From NCBI GenBank assembly GCA_963712935.1, contig CAVQJX010000016.1:14350-78349 (forward strand): DNA of 64,000 bases, given 5' to 3'. Below are positions 38,549 to 49,572 of the stretch, one piece after another. Numbering within the stretch: the first letter of the stretch is position 1; the number at the start of each line of letters is the position of its first letter. Made by a program: the position numbers and the translations under genes. The stretch comes from an uncultured Actinomycetota bacterium. Lineage in GTDB: Bacteria; Actinomycetota; Actinomycetes; Propionibacteriales; Nocardioidaceae. The notes below the pieces were generated by a model. The model saw nothing but the letters and a program-made list of their open reading frames with translations. It ran no database searches and was not told where the DNA came from.

Positions 38549-38605
38549 CCAACCCTCGAGCGGCCACGGGTAGCGAGGGCGGTCAGCTCCGGCCCACGCC
38601 CTACA

Positions 38606-39493
38606 GTGACCGCTGTGAGCTCCGCATCATCGGCGTCCGCCGGTCCGAAACTTCTCGGGCCGGCGGACGTGCGTGCGTTGGCGCACCGGTACGGCGTCCG
38701 GCCCACCAAGCAGCGCGGCCAGAACTTCGTCATCGACGCCAACACGGTGCGCCGCGTCGTACGCGCTGCCGGGCTCCAGTCCGACGACGTCGTGCTCGAG
38801 GTCGGACCGGGTCTCGGCTCGCTCACGCTGGCCTTGCTCGAGGTGGTGCCCCACGTCATCGCCGTCGAGGTCGACCCGGTGCTGGCGGCCGCGCTGCCCG
38901 AGACGATCTCCACCTACGCTCCGGCCGACGCCGATCGGGTGACCGTGGTCCAGGCGGATGCGCTGCGCATCACCGACCTTCCCGGAGCACCTCCCACCGC
39001 CCTCGTCGCCAACCTGCCCTACAACGTGGCCGTGCCGGTGTTGCTGCACCTGCTCGCCACGTTCCCGACCATCGAACGGGTGCTGGTCATGGTCCAGCTC
39101 GAGGTTGCGGAGCGGCTCGCGGCCGGCCCGGGCTCGAAGGTCTACGGCGTCCCCAGCGTCAAGGCGGCGTGGTATGCCGACGTGCGCACGGTCGGCACCG
39201 TCGGCCGCACGGTGTTCTGGCCCGCGCCCAACGTCGATTCCGGTCTGGTGGCGCTCGTGCGCCGCGACCCGCCGAACAGCGTTGCCAGCCGCGACCAGGT
39301 CTTCGCCGTCGTCGATGCCGCGTTCGCGCAGCGACGCAAGACGCTGCGGGCTGCGCTGGCGTCCTACGCCGGTTCCCCAGCCCGGGCTGAGGTGGCGCTG
39401 CGAGCCGCCGGAGTCGATCCATCGGCTCGCGGCGAACGACTCACCGTCCAGGACTTCACCCGCCTGGCCGATGCCTTCGTGGCAGCGCCGTAA
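38606..39493 (+). CDS. rsmA: 16S rRNA (adenine1518/1519-N6)-dimethyltransferase
   Basis: [13 protein letters not shown] motif [12 protein letters not shown], and NLPYNVA. Position after rpfB matches Rv1009-Rv1010. Confidence 0.9.
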   Translation: MTAVSSASSASAGPKLLGPADVRALAHRYGVRPTKQRGQNFVIDANTVRRVVRAAGLQSDDVVLEVGPGLGSLTLALLEVVPHVIAVEVDPVLAAALPETISTYAPADADRVTVVQADALRITDLPGAPPTALVANLPYNVAVPVLLHLLATFPTIERVLVMVQLEVAERLAAGPGSKVYGVPSVKAAWYADVRTVGTVGRTVFWPAPNVDSGLVALVRRDPPNSVASRDQVFAVVDAAFAQRRKTLRAALASYAGSPARAEVALRAAGVDPSARGERLTVQDFTRLADAFVAAP

Positions 39494-39513
39494 TCTCGTG
39501 TCGTGAAGCCCGC

Positions 39514-40433
39514 ATGAACCTCGCCCACGCCATGAGCGCAGCCACCGTCCGCGCGCCCGCCAAGATCAACCTCGGTCTGAGCGTTGGGGCGCCGGGCGAC
39601 GACGGATACCACCCGGTCGCGACGGTCTACCAGGCGATCTCGCTGTATGACGAGATCAAGGCCCGGCCCGCACCCGACGGCACGTTCACGGTGTCCGTCA
39701 CCGGGGAGGGACACGACGACGTTCCCCTCGACCCGTCCAACCTCGCTGTCCGGGCCGCGGTCCGGCTGGCGCAGGCGTTCGATGTCGAGATGGGGGCGGC
39801 GCTCAGCATTCACAAGGCGATCGCCGTCGCTGGTGGGCTGGCCGGCGGCAGCACGGACGCGGCCGGGGCGCTCGTCGCCTGTGACGCCTTGTGGGGGACC
39901 CGGGCGTCCCATGACGACCTGGGGCGGCTCGCGGCCGAGCTCGGCGCTGACGTGCCGTTCTGCCTGACAGGCGGGATGGCCGTCGGCACCGGTCGTGGCG
40001 AGAACATCTCGCCGGTGCTGGCACGGGGCAGGTACGAGTGGGTGCTCGCGTACGCCGACGGCAGCCTGGCGACGCCGGAGGTCTACGCCGAGCTGGATCG
40101 CGTTCGCGGCAGCAGCGGCATCCCCGAACCGGCCGTGCCGGAGGAGCTGATGGCGGCGCTGCGGACCGGCGACCCGTACGCCGTCGGGCATGCCCTCCAC
40201 AACGACCTCGAGGCGCCGGCGCTGCGGTTGCGACCTGCCCTGCGACGCACACTCGACCTCGGTGAGGAGTACGGCGCGCTCGGGTCGCTGGTGTCCGGTT
40301 CCGGGCCGACCTGCTTGTTCCTGGCCGCCGACGAGGACCACGCCATCGACCTGGCCGTCGCCCTGTCGAGCTCCGGGCTGTGCCGCTCGGTGCAACGGGC
40401 CAGCGGTCCGGTCCCAGGGGCGCGACTCGTCAC

Positions 40434-40437
<4 letters not shown>
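39514..40437 (+). CDS. ispE: 4-(cytidine 5'-diphospho)-2-C-methyl-D-erythritol kinase
   Basis: APAKINLGLSV and the GHMP kinase motif GGLAGGSTDAAGAL. 307 aa. Confidence 0.9.
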
Positions 40438-42221
<1,784 letters not shown>

Positions 42222-42246
42222 TGCGCCCGACACCTAGGATCGCTGC

Positions 42247-42738
42247 ATGCCGATCTCCGACTACCTGGCCGGGCTGCGGACCCGCGTTGGCCACGACCTG
42301 TTGTTGATGCCGGCCGCAGCGGGGGTCGTCTGGGACGACGAGGGGCGGGTGCTGCTGCACCGGCGCTCCGACAACGGCAGCTGGAGTGTGCCCGGCGGCG
42401 CCATCGATCCGGACGAGCAGCCGGCGCAAGCCTGTGTGCGTGAGGTCTACGAGGAGACCGGCATGATCGTGCGGCCCATAGCGGTCGTCGCGGTCGAGAC
42501 CCACCCGATCACGGCGTACCCGAACGGTGATCTCGTGCAGGCGATCGTCAGCGTCTTCTCCTGCGTCATCGAGGGCGGCCGGCTGGAGAGCCGGGACGGC
42601 GAGTCGACCGAGCTGGCGTTCTTCGCTCCCGACTCCCTGCCGACCGGAGACTTCGTGCGCAGGTTCCACCCGGCAGTCTTCGATCCGACCCGGCAGACCC
42701 CAGCCTTTGCCTGGGACGACGCCTGGCTTCCCCGCTAA
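42247..42738 (+). CDS. NUDIX hydrolase
   Basis: Nudix box GGAIDPDEQPAQACVREVYEETGM. Confidence 0.85.
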   Translation: MPISDYLAGLRTRVGHDLLLMPAAAGVVWDDEGRVLLHRRSDNGSWSVPGGAIDPDEQPAQACVREVYEETGMIVRPIAVVAVETHPITAYPNGDLVQAIVSVFSCVIEGGRLESRDGESTELAFFAPDSLPTGDFVRRFHPAVFDPTRQTPAFAWDDAWLPR

Positions 42739-42740
42739 GG

Positions 42741-43238
42741 TCAGGAGGCGTCGAACGGAGCGACGACGGTGCGGAGCAGGTCGGCCAGTGCGGCCTGGTC
42801 GTGACTGTCGAGCTCGTGGAGCAGGACGCGCTCCTGCTCGAGGAGACCGTCGAGCGCGGCGTCGACGCGAGCCCGTCCCTCGTCGGTGAGCCGCACGAGC
42901 ACTCCGCGGCGATCGCCGGGGTCAGGGAGCCGGGCCACCAGGCCCTTGGTGGTCAGTCGGTCGACCCGGTTGGTCATCGTGCCCGAGGTGACCATGGTTT
43001 CGCGGATCAGCCTTCCCGGCGACAGCTCGTACGGCGGGCCGGACCGGCGCAAGGCGGAGAGCACGTCGAACTCCCAGGTCTCGAGGTCGTGGGCGGCGAA
43101 CGCCTGGCGCCGGGCGAGGTCGAGGTGGCGGGCCAGCCGGGTGACGCGGGACAGCACGCGCATCGGGGTGACGTCGAGCTCGGGGCGCTCGCGCTGCCAG
43201 GCCTCGACCAGGCGGTCGACCTCGTCCGGTGCCGTCAT
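42741..43238 (-). CDS. MarR family transcriptional regulator
   Basis: ATG at 43238 inside the spurious 604-aa ORF. 165 aa. Winged-helix segment FDVLSALRRSGPPYELSPGRLIRETMVTSGTMTNRVDRLTTKGLVARLPDPGDRRGVLV. Confidence 0.85.
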   Translation of the reverse strand: MTAPDEVDRLVEAWQRERPELDVTPMRVLSRVTRLARHLDLARRQAFAAHDLETWEFDVLSALRRSGPPYELSPGRLIRETMVTSGTMTNRVDRLTTKGLVARLPDPGDRRGVLVRLTDEGRARVDAALDGLLEQERVLLHELDSHDQAALADLLRTVVAPFDAS

Positions 43239-43269
43239 AGGTCGCAGTCTAGGGGCGATCGTCCCGTCA

Positions 43270-43324
43270 TCAAGACTCTTGACGTGGAGACACTGCCTCA
43301 GGCATAGTATCTTGACGTCAAGAT
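43270..43324. promoter_or_regulatory. two perfect palindromes sharing TCAAGA/TCTTGA half-sites (candidate MarR operators)
   Basis: TCAAGAcTCTTGA at 43270..43282 and ATCTTGACGTCAAGAT at 43309..43324, in the marR/tam divergent region. Confidence 0.55.
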
Positions 43325-43346
43325 AATATGCGAAGGGAGGGCACCG

Positions 43347-44135
43347 GTGCCCGGAGCCCACTGGAACCCCGAGACATACCTGCAGTTCGCGGCGGAACGC
43401 TCCCGGCCGTTCTTCGACCTGACGTCCCGGATCCAGGCGACGGCGCCGCGTCGGGTCGTCGACCTCGGTTGCGGCCCCGGCCCGCTCACCGCCGGGCTCG
43501 CCGAGCGGTGGCCGACGGCCTCGATCCTCGGCATCGACGACTCGCCGGCGATGATCGAGCGCGCCCAGGAGCACGCGGGCGAGCGCGTGCGTTTCCAGCT
43601 CGGCGACCTCAGCGACTGGACCCCGACAGAGCCGGTCGACGTGCTGATCTCCAACGCGACCCTGCAGTGGGTCGTCGGCCACCTTGCCCTGCTGCCCGGC
43701 TTCGCCGCCGCGCTCGCCCCCGGTGGGTGGCTCGCGATCCAGGTGCCGGGCAACTTCGACCAACCCAGCCACCAGCTGCTCTACGCGCTGGCTGCCGACT
43801 CGCGCTTCGCGGCGGCCACCGCCGGACTCGAACGACCCTCGGCGCCGGACGCAACGACGTACCTGTCTGGCCTCGCGACGCTCGGCCTCGAGGTGGACGC
43901 GTGGGAGACGACCTACCTGCACGTGCTGCGGGGTCCCGATGCGGTCTTCCGTTGGATGACGGGAACCGGTGCAGGTCCGTTCCTGCAGGCGCTGTCGGAC
44001 CAGCAGCGTGCCGACTTCGAGACCGAGTACCGCGCGCGGCTGCAGGAGGCTTATCCCGATCACGGCTTCGGGGCGGTGCTGCCCTTCCGGCGCACCTTTG
44101 TCGTCGCACGCAAGCCGAGCGGAGAGGACGGCTGA
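43347..44135 (+). CDS. tam: trans-aconitate 2-methyltransferase
   Basis: GTG at 43347 after GAAGGGAGG. WNPETYLQFAAERSRPFFDL, SAM motif VVDLGCGPG, and NATLQWV. Confidence 0.85.
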   Translation: MPGAHWNPETYLQFAAERSRPFFDLTSRIQATAPRRVVDLGCGPGPLTAGLAERWPTASILGIDDSPAMIERAQEHAGERVRFQLGDLSDWTPTEPVDVLISNATLQWVVGHLALLPGFAAALAPGGWLAIQVPGNFDQPSHQLLYALAADSRFAAATAGLERPSAPDATTYLSGLATLGLEVDAWETTYLHVLRGPDAVFRWMTGTGAGPFLQALSDQQRADFETEYRARLQEAYPDHGFGAVLPFRRTFVVARKPSGEDG

Positions 44136-44594
44136 TGCTGATCCGCGATGCCCGGCCCGACGACCTCGAGCCGCTGCTGCGACTTGCTGCAGGAGGACGC
44201 GATCCGCGAGGTGCACGAGGACCTGTCCGACCTGACGCCGTATGCCGAAGCGCTCGAAGAGATCGTCAGCGCGCCCCACAGCACGGTGCTGGTCGGCGAA
44301 CGCGACGGTGTCCTGGTCGCTACTGCTCAGGTCACCTGGCAGCGACGGATGATGTACGGCGCCGGGCTGGTCTGCCAGGTCGAGTCGGTCCGGGTCGCCT
44401 CGGCCGAGCGAAGCAACGGACTCGGCGCTGAGCTGATGCGCTGGATCATCGACGACGCATGCCGGCGAGGGTGCGCACGGATGGAGCTGACCAGCAACGC
44501 CCAGCGCGAGGGTGCCCGCCGGTTCTACGAGCGCCTCGGCTTCCGGCCGTCCCACCTCGGATTCAAGCTCTATCTGGGTGAGGAGAGCGCATGA
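44135..44594 (+). pseudogene. GNAT family N-acetyltransferase with a 1-nt frameshift after codon 17 (or N-terminally altered if started at 44148)
   Basis: The frame from ATG 44135 (overlapping the tam stop) reads MLIRDARPDDLEPLLRL. The rest (LQEDAIREV...GLGAELMRWIIDDACRRGCARMELTSNAQREGARRFYERLGF) is in the frame of ORF 44148..44594. The switch is near 44184. Confidence 0.7.
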
Positions 44595-44980
44595 CCGTCG
44601 CGTTGCACCATGTCCAGGTCAGCTGCCCGGCCGGCGGTGAGGCCGACGTACGCCGCTTCTACGGTGAGCTGCTCGGGCTCACGGAGGTGGCGAAGCCGGC
44701 CGTGCTGGCGGCCCGTGGGGGCGCGTGGTTCCGCGGGCCGGGGTACGAGCTTCACGTGGGCGTGGAAGAGGGGTTCACTCCGGCCCGCAAGGCTCATCCG
44801 GCGTTCGTGGTGAGCGATGCGGACCAGGTGGCCGGCATGCTCCAGGCGGCGGGCATCGAGGTCGGCTGGGACGACAACTTCCCGGGCTATCGCAGATTCC
44901 ACACCGCTGATCTGCACGGCAACCGGGTGGAGATCCTCGAAGCGTTGCCCCCGGGAGCACCGCAGCCTGAGGCTGAATAG
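44591..44980 (+). CDS. VOC (glyoxalase/bleomycin-resistance/dioxygenase) family protein
   Basis: 129 aa. ATGA overlap with the GNAT stop. HHVQVSCP...FYGELLGL...HPAF...GNRVEI pattern. Confidence 0.7.
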   Translation: MTVALHHVQVSCPAGGEADVRRFYGELLGLTEVAKPAVLAARGGAWFRGPGYELHVGVEEGFTPARKAHPAFVVSDADQVAGMLQAAGIEVGWDDNFPGYRRFHTADLHGNRVEILEALPPGAPQPEAE

Positions 44981-44989
44981 AGTCACCGC

Positions 44990-46032
44990 ATGACCGACCA
45001 CGTCTCCACCGACACCGCTGCCCACACCCGGGCCGACTTCATCGCCGGGCTGCCCAAGGCCGAGCTCCACGTGCACCACGTCGGCTCGGCATCGCCGCGG
45101 ATCGTGGCGGAGCTGGCCGGACGGCACGAAGACACCCCGGTGCCTCGCGATCCCGAGCTGGTCGCGGACTACTTCACGTTCACCGACTTCGCGCATTTCG
45201 TCGAGGTCTACCTCTCGGTCGTCGACCTCGTGCGCACACCCGAGGACATCAGGACCCTCACGTACGAGATCGCCCGCGACATGACGACGCAGTCGATCCG
45301 CTATGCCGAGCTGACCTGCTCGCCGCTACACGTCCGTCATCCGCGGCATCGCCCCCGAGGCGTACTGCGAAGCCATCGAGGATGCGCGGGTGGCTGCCGA
45401 GCGGGACTTCGGGATCGTGCTGCGCTGGTGCTTCGATATCCCGGGTGAGTCCGGCGTTCCAGCGGCCGACGAGACGATCCGTGTCGCGACCGAGCTACGT
45501 CCCGGAGGGACTGGTCTCGTTCGGCCTCGGAGGCCCCGAGATCGGTGTGCCGCGCCCGCAGTTCAAACCGCACTTCGACGCAGCGCGCGCCGCGGGACTG
45601 CGTTCGGTCCCGCATGCCGGTGAGACCACCGGACCGCAGACCATCTGGGACGCGTTGCAGGTGCTCGGTGCCGAGCGGATCGGTCACGGCACGTCCGCGA
45701 CCCAGGACCCCGCCCTGTTGGCCCACCTGGCCGAGCATCAGATCCCGTTGGAGGTGTGCCCGACGTCGAACATCGCCACCCGGGCCGTCGCGTCCTTGGA
45801 CGACCACCCGATCAAACAGATGTACGAGGCCGGTGTCACGGTCACGATCAACTCCGACGATCCGCCGATGTTCGGCACGACCCTCAACCAGGAGTACGGC
45901 GTTGCGGCCCGGCTTCTCGGCCTCGGCGAGTCCGGCCTCAAGGCCTTGGCGCAGAACGCCGTCGACGTGTCGTTCGCCGACGACGACGTGAAGAAGCGGT
46001 TGACGGAGGAGATCCGCGCCTACTCCGCCTAG
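44990..46032 (+). pseudogene. add: adenosine deaminase with two +1 frameshifts
   Basis: Frame 1: LPKAELHVHHVGS...IRYAELTCSP. Frame 2 (from about 45326): YTSVIRGIAPEAYCEAIEDARVAAERDFGIVLRWCFDIPGESG...ELRP. Frame 3 (from about 45504): EGLVSFGLGGPEIG...SVPHAGE...ERIGHG...LEVCPTSN...TINSDDPPMFG. Confidence 0.85.
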
Positions 46033-46046
46033 CTCGTCAGCGGCCC

Positions 46047-46649
46047 TCAGCTGGTCGGCGGAGTGTGCAAGGTGGGCTTCTGTTCGAGTCCATACAGCCC
46101 GTTCCAGGCGAGGTTGACCACGTGCGCGGCGACCTCGTTCTTGCTGAACTTGCGGGCGTCGAGCCACCACTGCCCTGTGGTGCCCACCATTCCGACGAGC
46201 ATCTGGGCGTACATCGGTGCGTACTTGGCGTCGAACCCGCGGGTCCGGAACTCCTCCTCGAGGATGTACTCCACCCGTGAGGCGATGTCGCCGATGATCG
46301 AGACGAAGGAACCCGTCGCCGATCCGATCGGTGAGTCGCGCACGAGGATGCGGAAACCATCGGAGGACTGCTCCACGTAGTCGAGGAGTGCACCGGCGGC
46401 CTGCTCGAGCAGGTCGCGGGGATGGCCGGCCGTGAGCGAGCTGCGCATCATGCCGAGCAGCTGTCGGACCTCACGGTCGACGACCACGGCGTACAGACCT
46501 TCCTTGCCGCCGAAGTGCTCGTACACGATCGGTTTGGACACTTCGGCGCGCGAGGCGATCTCCTCGATCGAGGTGCCTTCGAAGCCACGTTGCGCGAACA
46601 GCGCCCGGGCGATCTCGATGAGCTGTTCACGTCGCTCGGCGCTGGTCAT
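46047..46649 (-). CDS. TetR/AcrR family transcriptional regulator
   Basis: 200 aa. N-terminal HTH RREQLIEIARALFAQRGFEGTSIEEIASRAEVSKPIVYEHFGGKEGLY. Lies downstream of the desaturase on the same strand. Confidence 0.9.
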   Translation of the reverse strand: MTSAERREQLIEIARALFAQRGFEGTSIEEIASRAEVSKPIVYEHFGGKEGLYAVVVDREVRQLLGMMRSSLTAGHPRDLLEQAAGALLDYVEQSSDGFRILVRDSPIGSATGSFVSIIGDIASRVEYILEEEFRTRGFDAKYAPMYAQMLVGMVGTTGQWWLDARKFSKNEVAAHVVNLAWNGLYGLEQKPTLHTPPTS

Positions 46650-46836
46650 CCGGGCACGTTGATGGCGCTTGGTCTTGCCCGAACCGCCCTTGCCGGGGCT
46701 CGCCCGCCGGCGGGACCACTGGCGGCGGCAGCCTTCGCGGGTGGCTTGAGGTGTGGTCGAGCGGAGGAGGTCGGGACGTCGGTCGAGTCGTTCGAGGGCT
46801 CGCTCACGTCTGCATTGTCCCTGACCGGGTCGAGCG

Positions 46837-47823
46837 TCAGCTCGTCGGCTGGACCCGCTTCACGTCGAGGCGCTCCTTGACCGGCCATCGAACGGCGCTG
46901 ATCCACCCGAACTTCTCCAGCGCCCAGATGATGCGCGCGGACGTGTCGATCTGGCCCTTCAGAACGCCGTGGCGGGCGCACGTCGGGTCGCTGTGGTGCA
47001 GGTTGTGCCACGACTCACCCATGGAAGGGATCGCCAGCCACCACACGTTGCCGGACTTGTCGCGGGACTTGAAGGGGCGCTCGCCGACCGCGTGGCAGAT
47101 CGAGTTGATCGACCAGGTGACGTGGTGCAACAGGCTCACCCGGACCAGCGAACCCCAGAAGAAGGCCGTGACCGCACCTTGCCAGGACCAGGTCAAGAGG
47201 CCACCGGCAACGGCAGGGAGAGCCAGCGAAACGAAGACGAACCACGGGAACGCACGCGAGATCCGGACGATGTCCTTGTCCTTCAACAGGTCTGGTGCGT
47301 ACTGGCGCTGCGAGGTCTGCTCGGAGTCGAACAACCACCCCATGTGGGCGTAGAAGAGGCCCTTGATGAGCGCGGGGACGGTGTTGCCGTAGCGCCACGG
47401 CGAGTGCGGGTCGCCCTCGCGGTCGGAGAACTTGTGGTGCTTGCGGTGGTCGGCGACCCACCTCACCACCGGCCCCTGGATGGCCATCGAGCCGGCGACG
47501 GCGAGCGCGATCTTGACCGCCCGGTTGGGCTTGAACGACCGGTGCGTGAAGAAGCGGTGGAAGCCGACGGTGATGCCGTGGCCGGTGATCGCGTACATGA
47601 CCGCCATGATGAGGATGTCGCTCCAGCCGAGCCAGCCACCCCAGGCGACCGGAACCGCTGCCGCGACGGCGAGGAACGGCAGCCCGATGAAGATGCCCAA
47701 CGCGATTTGCTCCGCCCGCGACTGCTGGTCACCCCCGAGTGTGCCCAGCGCCTCCTCGAGCTCGTCGATGGCAGGCGTTTCGGCGGCCGGGGGTAGAACG
47801 GCAGTTGCTGGTGTCATGCGCAT
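46837..47823 (-). CDS. membrane acyl-CoA (stearoyl-CoA type) fatty acid desaturase
   Basis: His boxes HRFFTH, HRKHHKFSD and HNLHH. N-terminal TM pairs. 328 aa. Confidence 0.85.
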   Translation of the reverse strand: MRMTPATAVLPPAAETPAIDELEEALGTLGGDQQSRAEQIALGIFIGLPFLAVAAAVPVAWGGWLGWSDILIMAVMYAITGHGITVGFHRFFTHRSFKPNRAVKIALAVAGSMAIQGPVVRWVADHRKHHKFSDREGDPHSPWRYGNTVPALIKGLFYAHMGWLFDSEQTSQRQYAPDLLKDKDIVRISRAFPWFVFVSLALPAVAGGLLTWSWQGAVTAFFWGSLVRVSLLHHVTWSINSICHAVGERPFKSRDKSGNVWWLAIPSMGESWHNLHHSDPTCARHGVLKGQIDTSARIIWALEKFGWISAVRWPVKERLDVKRVQPTS

Positions 47824-47853
47824 GGTCCTCAGCGGTGAGAGTCGTGGGTCTTA

Positions 47854-47884
47854 CCTACGCTACCGTAACCTACGGTTGCGTAGG
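47854..47884. promoter_or_regulatory. 31-bp near-perfect palindrome upstream of the desaturase-TetR operon (candidate TetR operator)
   Basis: CCTACGCtACCGTAaccTACGGTtGCGTAGG, 31-61 nt upstream of the desaturase start. Confidence 0.5.
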
Positions 47885-48005
47885 TATCCAAGCGTCGCCC
47901 GCGAGTCCTCCCTGAATCTGGGCGTGTCGCCCTATGGCAGACTGTGCCCACGCAGGGGTGCGCCGCGAAAGCTTCTTCGAGAGCTCACGGGGCACGCCAT
48001 CGCAA

Positions 48006-48078
48006 TCCCCTGTGGGGTAACCCGGCAGCCCGCGAGCCTTTGAAGCTTGAGGTCCTGGATCGAAGCCAGGCAGGGGAG
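48006..48078 (+). tRNA. tRNA-Gln (anticodon UUG), no encoded CCA
   Basis: Folded by hand. Acceptor TCCCCTG/CAGGGGA with U1-A72 and discriminator G73. U8. D arm GGGT/GCCC with GG in the loop. Anticodon stem CGAGC/GCTTG, loop CTTTGAA. 4-nt variable loop. T arm CCTGG/CCAGG with loop ATCGAAG (A at position 54 is atypical). Confidence 0.75.
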
Positions 48079-48120
48079 CGTAGGACCCCACCCCGGGGGT
48101 GTCGACGGCAAGGAGCACAG

Positions 48121-49572
48121 GTGAGTTCGGACCGCCCGGCGGCAGTCATCATCCTCGCGGCGGGTGGTGGCACCCGGATGAAGTCCGCCGTCCCCAAGGT
48201 CTTGCACCGTATCGGCGGCCGCAGCCTGATCGGTCACGTGCTGCACGCGGCCACCGGGCTGGATCCCGAGCACCTGGCCGTGGTCGTGCGCCATGAGCGG
48301 GATCTCGTCGTTGCGCACGTCGACGACGTCGCGATCGAGCTCGGCGTCACCGCGCTGATCGCTGACCAGGACGACGTCAAGGGCACCGGCCGTGCTGTCC
48401 AGTGTGGTCTGGCCGCGCTACCCGATGACCTCACGGGCACCGTCGTCATCACCTACGGCGACGTACCGCTCCAGACCACTGAGACGTTGCGCGCCCTCGT
48501 GGAAGCGCACGTCGAGCACGCGGACGCGGTCACCGTGGTGACCGCCGAGCCGGCTGACCCGTTCGGGTACGGGCGGGTCCTCCGTGACGAGTCCGGCCAG
48601 GTCATCGAGATCGTCGAGGAGAAGGACTGCACGGACGAACAACGCGCCATCCGCGAGATCAACGGCGGCATCTTCGCCTGCGACGCCGCGGTGCTGCGCG
48701 CGATGCTCGACCAGGTCGACACCAGCAACGCCCAGGGCGAGGTCTACCTCACCGACGTGGTCGGCCTCGCGCACCGGTCCGGGCAGCGCGTGGGCGCCGT
48801 CGCCGTCGACGACCTGTGGCAGACCGAAGGCGTCAACACCCGACGCCAGCTCGCCGCGCTCGGGCAGGAGCTGAACCGACGGGTGCTCGACTACTGGATG
48901 AGCGAGGGCGTCGAGGTGATCGATCCCGGCGCGACCTGGGTCGACGTCACGGTCACGCTGGCTCCTGACGTGCGGCTGCTGCCCGGTGTGCAGCTGCACG
49001 GCGCGACCGTGGTGGCCGACGGGGCGTCGATCGGACCGGACACGACGTTGTCCGACGTCCAGGTCGGCGAGGGCGCGAGCGTCGTGCGTACCCACGGCGT
49101 CGGCGCCGTCCTCGGCGCCGGTTGCTCAGTCGGCCCCTTCGCGTACCTGCGTCCGGGCACGGTCGTCGGGCGCGTGGCCAAGATCGGGACCTTCGTCGAG
49201 ACGAAGCAGGCGGTGCTCGCCGAGGGTGCGAAGGTGCCCCATCTGTCGTATGTCGGAGATGCCGACATCGGGCCTGGCACCAACATCGGGGCCGGCACGA
49301 TCTTCGCCAACTACGACGGGGTCTCCAAGCACCGGACCCACGTCGGCGCGGAGGCCCGGACCGGGGCGAACAACACCTTCGTTGCGCCAGTCTCGATCGG
49401 CGATGGCGCGGTCACCGGTGGGGGCACCGTCGTACGACGAGACGTTCCACCAGGGGCGTTGGCCGTCAGCACCGGACCCCAACGGCACATCGAGGACTGG
49501 GTCGAGCGCAAGCGGCCCGGCTCGGCGGCAGCGGAGGCGGCCAAGGCTGCCCAGGAGGAGAGCCAGCAGTGA
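48121..49572 (+). CDS. glmU: bifunctional UDP-N-acetylglucosamine pyrophosphorylase / glucosamine-1-phosphate N-acetyltransferase
   Basis: GTG at 48121 after AAGGAG. VIILAAGGGTRMKS motif and C-terminal hexapeptide repeats. Confidence 0.95.
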   Translation: MSSDRPAAVIILAAGGGTRMKSAVPKVLHRIGGRSLIGHVLHAATGLDPEHLAVVVRHERDLVVAHVDDVAIELGVTALIADQDDVKGTGRAVQCGLAALPDDLTGTVVITYGDVPLQTTETLRALVEAHVEHADAVTVVTAEPADPFGYGRVLRDESGQVIEIVEEKDCTDEQRAIREINGGIFACDAAVLRAMLDQVDTSNAQGEVYLTDVVGLAHRSGQRVGAVAVDDLWQTEGVNTRRQLAALGQELNRRVLDYWMSEGVEVIDPGATWVDVTVTLAPDVRLLPGVQLHGATVVADGASIGPDTTLSDVQVGEGASVVRTHGVGAVLGAGCSVGPFAYLRPGTVVGRVAKIGTFVETKQAVLAEGAKVPHLSYVGDADIGPGTNIGAGTIFANYDGVSKHRTHVGAEARTGANNTFVAPVSIGDGAVTGGGTVVRRDVPPGALAVSTGPQRHIEDWVERKRPGSAAAEAAKAAQEESQQ

